A DNA stretch of 64,000 nucleotides from a bacterium (GTDB taxonomy: Bacteria > UBA8248). The position numbers were made by a program, and so were the translations under genes. The notes beneath the pieces are model-generated. The model was not told where the DNA came from. It did no database searches and saw nothing but the letters and a program-made list of their open reading frames with translations. This document shows positions 29,523 through 40,890 of the stretch, piece by piece (positions within the stretch are counted from its first letter, which is position 1; each line of letters opens with the position of its first letter). Location of the stretch: the NCBI GenBank assembly GCA_965221165.1, contig CBDCRP010000003.1:704001-768000 (forward strand), read 5' to 3'.

Positions 29523-30716
29523 TCAAGAGATGGATGAGCCCTCCGGTTGCTCTTCTATCGGCGCATCCGTGGTGAGGCGCTTTTTCGCGGTGGGCGCGTA
29601 GCCGCCGCCCGCCATCGTGGAGGCGATTTCGAGAATCTCGCGCATCGCTTCGGGCATCCCCGAGGGATAGGCATCGTCGGGACACTTGCTGTTCGTCATG
29701 TAGGCGCACGGCTTGCACTCGATGCAGCGGATGACCTCCCCATCCCGCGCGGAGAACGCCTTGTTCGCATAGTCCGGGTCGGTGAGCATCGCGCGCCCCA
29801 CACCGACGAAATCAGCGCCTGCGTCGAGATAGTCCTGAATCCGCGCAGGCTCGAAGGCGGCCCCGTTCGCAACGAGAGGAACGTCCACCACCGCACACAG
29901 CCGCGCGAACGCGGGGTTGTACAAATCGGGCATGACGGGCAGCCCCACGCGCGCGTTTCTCGAACAATGGAGAATGTCGACCCCCGCCTCCACGAGCGCG
30001 GGCGCCAGAGCAAGCATATCCTCCACCGTGAATCCGTTCTCGAAGGGCTCCAGAAGACCCAGGCGATAGCTTATGACCATAGCGTCGCCCCCGCCCTCGC
30101 GCACCGCCTGCGCCACCTCGAGCGGAAAGCGCATGCGGTTTTCGAGCGAGCCGCCGTAGCCGTCCGTCCGCTGGTTCGAGGCCGGGGAGAAGAACTGCTG
30201 GCACAGATACCAGGTGGCCCCGTGAATCTCGAGCATCCGGCCCCCCGCCTCGCGCACCCGCCGCGCCGCGTCTCCGTAAGCCTTAACGGCGGTTTTGATA
30301 TCCGCCTCGCTCATTTCGCGCGGCACCTCGTCCTCGGTGGGGTGCGGGACGGGAGAAGGCCCCACGGGCTCCATGCCCGTGATGGCGCTGAGCGCCGTTC
30401 TGCCCGCGTGATAAATCTGGACCGCGAGCGGAGCGCCCGCTTCTTCCACCGCCTGAATCAACTCGCGAAGAGCGGGTACGTGCGCATCCTCATGCGTGCC
30501 GAGCTGGTTGGGAAACCCCTTCCCCTCCTGGTTGACGTAGGTCGCCTCGGTGAAGCACACCGCAGCGCCCCCTCTGGCGCGGGCGGTGTAGTGCGCGTGC
30601 GACCAGGCGGAGGGCGCGCCGTCTTCTTCGGCGCGCGAGGTCGTCATCGCGGACATCAGAATCCGGTGCTTCACCCTCTGGCCGCGCACTTCGATGGGAT
30701 CCGTAAATTTCGCCAT
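29523..30716 (-). CDS. NADH:flavin oxidoreductase (Old Yellow Enzyme family)
   Basis: QIYHAGR, EIHGATWYL, SNQRTDGYGGSLENRMRF, C-terminal CIEC..C. Confidence 0.9.
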   Translation of the reverse strand: MAKFTDPIEVRGQRVKHRILMSAMTTSRAEEDGAPSAWSHAHYTARARGGAAVCFTEATYVNQEGKGFPNQLGTHEDAHVPALRELIQAVEEAGAPLAVQIYHAGRTALSAITGMEPVGPSPVPHPTEDEVPREMSEADIKTAVKAYGDAARRVREAGGRMLEIHGATWYLCQQFFSPASNQRTDGYGGSLENRMRFPLEVAQAVREGGGDAMVISYRLGLLEPFENGFTVEDMLALAPALVEAGVDILHCSRNARVGLPVMPDLYNPAFARLCAVVDVPLVANGAAFEPARIQDYLDAGADFVGVGRAMLTDPDYANKAFSARDGEVIRCIECKPCAYMTNSKCPDDAYPSGMPEAMREILEIASTMAGGGYAPTAKKRLTTDAPIEEQPEGSSIS

Positions 30717-30828
30717 GTAGAAAATACTCCCGAAAATCACCCTTGAGAATACCATCGCGGCGAGCACAGCCGCGCCCGCCGCGATGCGTTCTCCAATCAG
30801 GAAGCGGGGGCCACGCCCGCTCCCTCGT

Positions 30829-31623
30829 TTAATTTCGCGCCAGAAAATCCTCGATGTCCTTCAAGGATTCCTCAAAGCACTGGATGAGGAAGAAGTGGCT
30901 CGCCTCCTCGTAAATCTTGATCTCACAACCCGGTACGCGGTCGGCTATCTCACGCGAGGCGCTCGCCGCGCACAGCACGTCCTGCCCGCCCGCGAGCACC
31001 AGCGTCGGGCACTTGACTTCGTGCAAGCGGTCGAGCGCATCGTGCGTGAGGCAGGCATGGGTGGAATTGACGTAGCCGGGTATCGGGCGAGCCGGGTCCG
31101 CGAGTACCGTCTCGAAGGCGTCGAGTTGCTCCTGGTTTTCGTTGAAATAACGAGGCGGGAAGAAGAAAAGCGATTGATGCTTGGCCGCCGGGCCATAGCC
31201 CTGGGCCTTCACTACCTCGTTGATGTTGTAGAGGATTTGATAGCCGTAGCGATCCAGCTTGCCGAAAGAGGCGGTGATGAGCAGGCTCCGCACGCGGTCG
31301 GGATAGTCGAGCGCCATCATCTGGGCGATGGCTCCCCCCATCGAGCGGCCGATGACGTGCGCGGGCTCGGTGATGCCCACCGCATCCATGAGGCCGATGG
31401 TATCGGCCGCGAAATGGCTGGACGTGTAGGGATAATCGGGCGCGGAACTCCTGCCCGCTCCCCGGTTGTCGAAGGCCAGCACGCGGTAGTTCTTCTCCAG
31501 ACTCGCGATTTGCGGCTTCCACGCGCTGCAATCGCCCGCGAGACCATGGATGAGAACGACGGGCACGCCCTCCCCGTAATCCTCGTAATAAAGCTCTACA
31601 TCACCCACCTGAACCTTCGGCAT
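30829..31623 (-). CDS. Alpha/beta hydrolase (RutD/PcaD-like)
   Basis: DNRGAGRS, GRSMGG, SH. Confidence 0.88.
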   Translation of the reverse strand: MPKVQVGDVELYYEDYGEGVPVVLIHGLAGDCSAWKPQIASLEKNYRVLAFDNRGAGRSSAPDYPYTSSHFAADTIGLMDAVGITEPAHVIGRSMGGAIAQMMALDYPDRVRSLLITASFGKLDRYGYQILYNINEVVKAQGYGPAAKHQSLFFFPPRYFNENQEQLDAFETVLADPARPIPGYVNSTHACLTHDALDRLHEVKCPTLVLAGGQDVLCAASASREIADRVPGCEIKIYEEASHFFLIQCFEESLKDIEDFLARN

Positions 31624-31728
31624 CTCGAAAACCCTCTTCTGTTAGAAGTCAAAAACTTACCCTTGGCCGCATTTTGTCGATCGAGCCTTCTTACAAGGCC
31701 GGGGAATACTCTTTCTCAACAACCGAAA

Positions 31729-32463
31729 TCAGTTCTTCTTGCCCTCGGCGCCCTCGGCCACCTTCTCCATGAATTCCTCGTTGTCGAACACCCAGCCGAG
31801 GCACCGCATGACGTTCTGCATCCCGAAGACGTGCAAGTCGGGCCCGTACATGCTCGCCACGCAGTCGGAGAGCATTACCACGCGGTAATCGTAGTTGAAG
31901 GCGGTGAAGGCCGTGTTCAGAACGCAGGTGTTCGTGTTGATGCCCATGAGGCAGATGTTTTTGGTGTTCAAGGAATCGAGGAGCATCTGGAGGTCCGTTC
32001 CCATGAAGCAGTCGAGGCGCTTTTTGTTATCGATGACGTAATCGCCCTCTTCCACCAGGGAGGGAATCATCTCCGTCGTCACCTCGCCCATGATGTTGTG
32101 ATCGTTCACCGTGCTCTTACGCCCGAGGGTCAAGCGGTTCTTCTCGTCCTGAATGTCGTGGAGCGCCTTCCAGAAGTGGACCCTCATGCCCTCGCTTCCG
32201 AGGCCGGGAATTTTCCTGAAGATGAGCTTCACGTGGACGACGGGAATCTGGTGGCTTCTCGCGAAACCGAGGAGTTCCTCCGCGTGGCCGATGACGCTCT
32301 CGCAATCCTCGTCACTCGCCGGCATGGTGGCGACTTCGGGGTCCAAGTGGCCCCTGTGCATGTCGATGGTGACGATGGTGGTCTCCTTCGGGTCGAGCGA
32401 CACCATTTCCTTCAACTGATCCGTCATTTCCGAGCGATCGAGAATCTCTACTTGCGTGGCCAT
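31729..32463 (-). CDS. Isochorismatase-family cysteine hydrolase
   Basis: VTIDMH, KKR, GINTNTCV catalytic Cys. Confidence 0.9.
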   Translation of the reverse strand: MATQVEILDRSEMTDQLKEMVSLDPKETTIVTIDMHRGHLDPEVATMPASDEDCESVIGHAEELLGFARSHQIPVVHVKLIFRKIPGLGSEGMRVHFWKALHDIQDEKNRLTLGRKSTVNDHNIMGEVTTEMIPSLVEEGDYVIDNKKRLDCFMGTDLQMLLDSLNTKNICLMGINTNTCVLNTAFTAFNYDYRVVMLSDCVASMYGPDLHVFGMQNVMRCLGWVFDNEEFMEKVAEGAEGKKN

Positions 32464-32665
32464 GGCTTCACCCCTCTGCTTGAATGTAGATGTTCAGATT
32501 CCCACAGGATTTTTCCAGCATATTACATATCGCCCGGATTGAAAACAGGGGGTTTGGTCGAAATGGAGGGTGAGGCAGGTTCATATCCCGCCTTGGCGCC
32601 GGGAGCTGGGGATGCAGACAGGGCGCTTTACCTCATCGGTTACGAGTGAACACCGGCTTCATCCG

Positions 32666-32692
32666 AAAAAAAAGCTCCCCGCTCGGGGGAGC
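32666..32692 (-). terminator. Rho-independent terminator of the sdh operon
   Basis: GCTCCCC/GGGGAGC stem followed by a T run on the minus strand. Confidence 0.8.
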
Positions 32693-32720
32693 CTCCTCGC
32701 AACTGGCTGAAAGGTAAACC

Positions 32721-33466
32721 TTAATCACCTCGCACGGTCGCGCGGATGAACTCGCGGTTCATCTTGGCGATGTGGCTTATGCTGATGTCCTTGGGGCACA
32801 TGGCCTCGCACTCGGCGTGGTTGGTGCAGTTGCCAAAGCCCTCTTCATCCATCCGGGCGACCATGCCGAGCACCCTCTGCTCCCGCTCGGGCACCCCTTG
32901 CGGCAGATGCGCGAGGTGGGAGACTTTCGCCGCCACGAAGAGCATCGCCGAACCATTCGGGCACGACGCCGCGCAGGCGCCGCAGCCGATGCAGGCGGCC
33001 GCGTCCATGGCCGCATCCGCGTCGGGCTTGGGGATAGGAACCGCGTTCCCGTCCGGAGCGCCTCCCGTATTCGCGGAGATGAACCCGCCCGCCTGGATGA
33101 TGCGGTCGAACGAGGTGCGGTCGACCACCAGATCCTTGATGACGGGAAAAGCGCTCGCGCGCCAGGGCTCGATGGTAATCGTGTCGCCGTCCTTGAATTT
33201 TCTCATGTGAAGCTGGCAGGTGGTCGTCCCGTCAAAACCCCCGTGCGCCTTGCCGTTGATGACCAAAGAGCACATGCCGCAGATTCCCTCGCGGCAATCG
33301 TGATCGAAGGCGATAGGTTCTTTGCCCTCCATAATCAGGCGCTCGTTCGTCACGTCCAGCATTTCCAGAAAAGACATGTCCGGAATGATGTCGCTCACTT
33401 CGTAGGTTTCGAGACTTCCCGCCGCCCGCTCGTCCTTTTGCCGCCAAACCTTGAGGGTGAGGTTCA

Positions 33467-33467
<1 letters not shown>
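32721..33467 (-). CDS. sdhB: Succinate dehydrogenase/fumarate reductase iron-sulfur subunit
   Basis: [34 protein letters not shown]. Confidence 0.96.
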
Positions 33468-35392
<1,925 letters not shown>

Positions 35393-35416
35393 ACCCTTCT
35401 CCTCACTCAGGGAGAA

Positions 35417-36094
35417 CTATTTCAACACACCCGCCAGGACGGCCAATGGAATCGACATGAAACCAACCGCGACGAGGACGCCGCTCCAGGGGCCGAGCCG
35501 TTTGATGAAAGGGTTGTACGATGGATTGTTTATCCCCAGAGACTGGAACAGGCTCGTCACGCCGTGACTCAAATGGAGCCCGAGAAGAATCATCGAAACC
35601 AGATACGCTCCCGATACCGCGGCGCTCCCGAATCCCAGAATCACCATCCTGTAGACGTCGTGGCGGCCCTGCGCATCGTGTAACTGGGCGAACTCGGGGT
35701 TCGTGGCGAACAGCGTGAAATGAAGCAGATGATAGGCCGCGAAGGCCAGAACCAAGGCGCCCGTAAACACGATCGAGCGGCCCGCATAGGTGACCACGGT
35801 GGAATCGACCACGGCGTACTGGTGTGGCCGGGCCGCCTGATTCATCCGCCAAAGGCGCATGGCCGAGCCTATGTGGATCAAAAACACGACCAGCAGGCCG
35901 ACCCGCGCCACCCACAGTAAAGCGCCCAGATCCTTCAAGCCCTTCGCGTAGGCGTTCGTCGCCTCGGGGCCTGCGAACATCAGCAGATTGCCGAGCAAGT
36001 GGGCGATGATGAACAAGACCAGGAGAATCCCTGTGACGGCCATGGCTATCTTCGCGCCAATCGATGATTGCAAGACGTTCGCAAACCGGCCCAT
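35417..36094 (-). CDS. sdhC: Succinate dehydrogenase cytochrome b subunit
   Basis: SSIGAKIAMAVTG...HLLGNL, HLSHG. Five TM helices, first gene of the operon. Confidence 0.93.
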   Translation of the reverse strand: MGRFANVLQSSIGAKIAMAVTGILLVLFIIAHLLGNLLMFAGPEATNAYAKGLKDLGALLWVARVGLLVVFLIHIGSAMRLWRMNQAARPHQYAVVDSTVVTYAGRSIVFTGALVLAFAAYHLLHFTLFATNPEFAQLHDAQGRHDVYRMVILGFGSAAVSGAYLVSMILLGLHLSHGVTSLFQSLGINNPSYNPFIKRLGPWSGVLVAVGFMSIPLAVLAGVLK

Positions 36095-36317
36095 TGACTG
36101 CTCCCCACGAAACGAAGACTCTTGAAGTTGAGGGATCACCCTGCTCAATCGGGTGTGCAATGTATAGTTTCATGCGCACGTGGTCAACCGCATTTTGGAA
36201 AATCCTCCTTTTTCACCAGACCCCGTTTCAGCGCGTGGCCTATTCTCGATATTTGCGATATTTTAGTCTGGATATTGCCGAATTTTTTGACGATCAACCC
36301 TGGAGAGGGAGGCTCGC

Positions 36318-37340
36318 ATGCTCAACGGTGACGTCTTCGTATTCGACAACGTGGTGCACATGTACGACTTATCGGACGAGAATCTCGCGCGGCCGGACAG
36401 CGGGCTCGATCGCCTTTGGCACCTGCGAATCGCCAAAGGGAGACGACCCGAGGGCCAGGAAGACATATACGCGGGCGGAGACCCCATCGGCGGGTTCGCC
36501 AAGAAATGGACTTGTGGGGAGTTGGGGAAACTGGTCTTTGAAGATTCCGAGACCGACATGGCCATGGCGCAGGCCGTCGTGCTCTACGACGTCTACAAGG
36601 AGGGCTTCTCCCCCGTTCAGGCGCAATACGAATTCGCCAGGGCGCACCCGGAGCGCGTTCTTTTCTGCGGCGGGGTGGACCCCAAATATCCGAGCGTACA
36701 GGGCGCGCTCGAGGAACTCGAACGCCAGGTCGCAGAGATGGGCGCGCGCTCGATGAAATTCTACAACGCACACATCGACGGGAATTCCTGGCGATGCGAC
36801 GACCCCGAACTCGCCTATCCGATATACGAGAAAGGGCGCGACCTGGGGATCAACGTGTTTCAGTACCACAAGGGCTTTCCCATCACCCGCGCGCGCCTCG
36901 AAGACCTCACGCCGCTCGACATCCAGCAGGCGGCCATGGATTTCCCGGACCTCACCTTTGCGATTCATCACCTCGCGCTCCCCTATTTCGAGGAATGCGT
37001 CTACATCGCGGCGCGCTTCGAGAACGTGGCGCTCGTCCTTTCGGGCACGATGCACCTGCCCCTCGTCGCGCCCTGGCAGTTCAAGGAGTACATGGGCAGG
37101 CTCTTGCGCGACGTAGGCTCGGATAGAATCGTCTGGGGTTCGGAAGCGCCCCTGCTGGGGAATCCGCAACCCATGATCGAATGGTTCTGGGAGATGGAGA
37201 TCGACGAGGAACTCCAGGATCGATACGGGTATCCTCCCATCACGGAGGAGGACAAGCGAAAAATTCTGGGCGAGAACCAGGCCAGACTCTTTGGAATCGA
37301 CTTAGAAGCGAAGAAAAAAGAACTCAGACTTCTCGCCTGA
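36318..37340 (+). CDS. Amidohydrolase family protein (Amidohydro_2)
   Basis: DNVVH, HKG, DFPDLTFAIHH, WGSE, ILGENQARL. Confidence 0.88.
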   Translation: MLNGDVFVFDNVVHMYDLSDENLARPDSGLDRLWHLRIAKGRRPEGQEDIYAGGDPIGGFAKKWTCGELGKLVFEDSETDMAMAQAVVLYDVYKEGFSPVQAQYEFARAHPERVLFCGGVDPKYPSVQGALEELERQVAEMGARSMKFYNAHIDGNSWRCDDPELAYPIYEKGRDLGINVFQYHKGFPITRARLEDLTPLDIQQAAMDFPDLTFAIHHLALPYFEECVYIAARFENVALVLSGTMHLPLVAPWQFKEYMGRLLRDVGSDRIVWGSEAPLLGNPQPMIEWFWEMEIDEELQDRYGYPPITEEDKRKILGENQARLFGIDLEAKKKELRLLA

Positions 37341-37517
37341 GGCCGAGGCGCGGCTTCCATGAGGGTGCGGCCCTCGAAGCCTTGCAGGCTCATCGGCCGG
37401 CGGTTTCATTTCGCGCGGTTTCGGTTTGACCCCCGCCGCTTCCTGGGCGAGGATAAATCGAACAACAGACAATCATTTCAGAAATCTCTGGGCGAATAAG
37501 ATACGGAGGATTTTTCC

Positions 37518-38648
37518 ATGAAACCACCCTATGATGGGGAAAAACTAGACCGCCTCATGGAAGAAGCGGGGGTCGACGTCATTCTGGCCAGTACGCGGGA
37601 GAACGTCCGGTATCTCTGCGGCGGATACTATTTTCATTTTCACGAGAGATTCACGGCCATTGGACGCGGCCAGTACATGGCCCTTGCCGGAATCCCGCGC
37701 GGTGCCGCCGAAAAATCATTCCTGATCGGCGGGAGCGGAGAGTTCGGCCAGGCGCAGGACCAGAATCTCTGGATACCCGAACTCATCCCCTCGGGCAGGC
37801 ATCCGGCCGAAGCCGCCAAAGACGCCGCGTGGGCCATCTCGCAGCGCGGGCTGGGAGCGGGAACCATCGCCGTAGAGGGCAATTTCCTGCCCGCCGTCGC
37901 CAAGGAAACGCTCGCGGGTGAACTCCCGAACGCGACGTTCGTGGAGGCGCTGCCGATCCTGGAGGAGCTGCGCGCCATCAAGACGCCCGAGGAGATCGAA
38001 ATCTACCGCCGCATCTCCCAGGCGGATGCAGAAGCCATTCGCGACGCGTTCGAGACCGCAAAGCCCGGAGCGACCACCAGAGACGTCGCCCACGCCGTGG
38101 AGCGGGGCATGACGGACAGAGGGCTCCACTTCCTGTGGGTCTTCGCCGCGGCGGGGCCGGGCATGCTGCGCGCTCCGTCCGAGAAGGTGTGGGAAAAAGG
38201 AGAAGTGCTCCATCTCGACGCGGGCGGTTCCCAATCCGACTACCTGACCGACATCTGCCGCATGGGCGTGCGGGGCGAGCCGTCGCCCCTGGCGGATGAA
38301 CTCTACAAGGCGTGTCTGGGAACGCAGGATCGCGTGCGCGCAGAGATTCGCCCGGGCGCCGTCTGCGGCGACATCTACGAGAAGGGCCTGACGTATCTCC
38401 AAAACACCGAGCACGGCGAATACGGCAGCTTCATCATCCACGGCATCGGCATGGTCTCGCACGAACAGCCATATTTCGGCCCCGGCGTGGAGAGAAAACT
38501 CGAAGAGGGCATGGTGGTGTCGATTGAGACCGACATCCGCCACCCCGAGGTGGGCTTCGTGAAGGTGGAAGACGCCGTGGCGGTGACGGCGGACGGCTAC
38601 GAGCCCCTGGGCGACCTGGGACGCGAGGACTGGGTGGTGATCGACTGA
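37518..38648 (+). CDS. M24 Xaa-Pro peptidase/creatinase family, paralogue 1
   Basis: LRAIKTPEE, LDAGG...TDICR, HGIG..HEQP, ETD, KVED. Confidence 0.88.
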   Translation: MKPPYDGEKLDRLMEEAGVDVILASTRENVRYLCGGYYFHFHERFTAIGRGQYMALAGIPRGAAEKSFLIGGSGEFGQAQDQNLWIPELIPSGRHPAEAAKDAAWAISQRGLGAGTIAVEGNFLPAVAKETLAGELPNATFVEALPILEELRAIKTPEEIEIYRRISQADAEAIRDAFETAKPGATTRDVAHAVERGMTDRGLHFLWVFAAAGPGMLRAPSEKVWEKGEVLHLDAGGSQSDYLTDICRMGVRGEPSPLADELYKACLGTQDRVRAEIRPGAVCGDIYEKGLTYLQNTEHGEYGSFIIHGIGMVSHEQPYFGPGVERKLEEGMVVSIETDIRHPEVGFVKVEDAVAVTADGYEPLGDLGREDWVVID

Positions 38649-39784
38649 TGAAGCCGCTTTACGATCAAGAAAAACTCGATCGCCTGATGGAAGAAGCGGG
38701 CGTCGGCCTCGTGCTCGCGCACACGCCCCACAACCTCCGATACCTGACGGGAGGCTATTACTTTCATTTCCGCGAAAGAGTGACCGCCATCGGGCCCAGC
38801 CAGTACCTCCCCTTCGTGGGGATTCCGCGGAAAAACCCCGAAAACGCCTTTCAGGTGGCCTGGCGCGTCGAGGCGTCGCCCCGAAACGAGGTGGACACCT
38901 GGATACCCGAGGTCATCTACACGAAGGCGCGGGGAACCGTCGGCGCTGCGGAAACGGCCGCCGAGGCCATCAGGAAGCGCGGTCTCGGTGAGGGAACCAT
39001 CGCCGTCGAGCGCGGGTTCTTGCCCGTGGATGCGATGGAAACCCTCCAGAGCGAGTTGCACGGCGCGCGGTTCGTCGATTCCCTGGGCATTCTGGAAGAG
39101 CTTCGGGCCGTGAAGAGAGAGGATGAACTGGAGATATTCCGGCGCGCCGCGCTTGCGGATTCAGAAGCCATACAGGCCGGTTTTCAGGAGGGGGCGCGCG
39201 ACGTTACGACCCGTCGGGTGGAGCAAAGGGTGGAGGAGGAAATGGTGCGGCGCGGGCTTCATTTCCACTACGCCTTCACCGCGGCGGGACCCGGCATGAG
39301 GCGCGAGCCCTCCGGTAAAATCTGGGAGAAAGGAGAAATCCTACACATCGACGCGGGCGGCTCGGAGGCGGGCTACATGTCCGACATCTGCCGGATGGGG
39401 GTGCGGGGCGAACCCTCCGCTTTAGCCGAGGAGCTCGGAAAAGCGTGTCTCCACTCGGTCGACGCCTGCCGGGACGCCATACGGGCCGGCGCGAGTTGCG
39501 CTTCGGTTCAGGCGCAAGGACAGGAGGCGTTTCAGGATACCGGCTTTTCGGATTTGGGCGTCTTTGAAGTGCACGGAATCGGCATGGTGCAGCAGGAACT
39601 GCCGCGTTTCGGCCCCGAGGTGGAGCGAACGCTCGAGGCGGGAATGGTGGTATCCGTCGAGTGCGACATCCGCCACGCGGAAGTCGGCCACGTGAAGATT
39701 GAAGACGCCGTCGCCGTCACCGAAAGCGGCTGCGAGGGCCTGGGAGATTTGGGCAGGGATTCCTGGGCGTGCGTTGATTCATAA
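38648..39784 (+). CDS. M24 Xaa-Pro peptidase/creatinase family, paralogue 2
   Basis: Same motif set. TGATG overlap with paralogue 1. Confidence 0.88.
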   Translation: MKPLYDQEKLDRLMEEAGVGLVLAHTPHNLRYLTGGYYFHFRERVTAIGPSQYLPFVGIPRKNPENAFQVAWRVEASPRNEVDTWIPEVIYTKARGTVGAAETAAEAIRKRGLGEGTIAVERGFLPVDAMETLQSELHGARFVDSLGILEELRAVKREDELEIFRRAALADSEAIQAGFQEGARDVTTRRVEQRVEEEMVRRGLHFHYAFTAAGPGMRREPSGKIWEKGEILHIDAGGSEAGYMSDICRMGVRGEPSALAEELGKACLHSVDACRDAIRAGASCASVQAQGQEAFQDTGFSDLGVFEVHGIGMVQQELPRFGPEVERTLEAGMVVSVECDIRHAEVGHVKIEDAVAVTESGCEGLGDLGRDSWACVDS

Positions 39785-39802
39785 AAACTGAGGAGATTTT
39801 TC

Positions 39803-40387
39803 ATGCAAAGACCACCCGAGGGCTTGATGCGGCTTCAGCACGCCGCCATAAAAGTGCACGACATCGACGCGGCGAAGGATTTTTACGTGAACACGCTGGG
39901 CTTCTCCATATCGGAAATATATGAGCCGGGCACGGTGGGCGATTTTCCCTTCGGCCTGTGCTTCATGAGATGCACGGAGCTTCACCACGACATGAACCTC
40001 ATCTTCTGGCCGGAGGGAGAAGGCCCCGCCCCGCCCGAGGGACGCTCCTTCGACACCTTACAGACGGGCCTTCACCACATCGCGTTCGAGGTGGAAGACC
40101 GGACGCAACTCGAAGCCTGGGCTTCTTATCTCGAAGAGAAGGAGGTCGAGATTTTCTGGGGGCCGTCCATCCACAGCCCCACGCATCCCGAGGGGGACGG
40201 CTTCTGGGGGGAGAACCACGCGCTCTATATCTCGGACCCATCGGGCAACTGCATCGAAATTTTCTGCGATCTGGCCGTCATGGATTCCTACACGAACCGC
40301 GTGAACGAAGAGTGGTTCCGGGATCGGCTGTCCCGGGATGGGCACCCCCGTGACGCCGCCGATCCGCCTAAAGCCTGGCAGCCCTGA
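39803..40387 (+). CDS. VOC/glyoxalase family protein (catechol dioxygenase-like)
   Basis: LQHAAI, HHD, LHHIAFEV, DPSGNCIE. Confidence 0.88.
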   Translation: MQRPPEGLMRLQHAAIKVHDIDAAKDFYVNTLGFSISEIYEPGTVGDFPFGLCFMRCTELHHDMNLIFWPEGEGPAPPEGRSFDTLQTGLHHIAFEVEDRTQLEAWASYLEEKEVEIFWGPSIHSPTHPEGDGFWGENHALYISDPSGNCIEIFCDLAVMDSYTNRVNEEWFRDRLSRDGHPRDAADPPKAWQP

Positions 40388-40890
40388 ACGCCGGGCGAAG
40401 AGTTCGATTTCCTCCCCGATGGGATGAGAATGGCGAGCGTCTTGTCAGTGCGACTGAAAAGGGAATGACACAGAAAATTCACGCATCCGGATTGATGCCG
40501 TTTCTTGCTCCCTTCCCATCCTCGAATTAAGAGCATACCCCGGAGAAACGCTTCTCGTTTCATCCCTTACTTGACAATTCCATCTCCATATCCCACCTTG
40601 GTTCTCGGCATACAATCCATGCGCGGTTGATCCACGGACTACCCGCCGAATACGAGACGACCCTTCCCAGGGGTTGAAAGGGGCGGGAATCCGCTTTTCT
40701 TCCAAATCGTGGCTTGTGTGTCGAACGGCCCCGGACTGCGTCCGAGGGCTTCGAGGGCACTGTTTCGTGCGGTGATTCGGGAGGATCGCGCCTTCATCAT
40801 CACTTTCATCATATAACGTCAAATTCCCTCCCCGACTCTCGATCGAAATAGGCTGAAAATTCAAGGCGGCATTCATATAAGGAGGTACGT

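Noticed and set aside
32570-32600. tRNA-Sec-like T-arm (GGCAGGTTCATATCCCGCC)
   Set aside because: No cloverleaf, no UCA anticodon arm and no CCA end.
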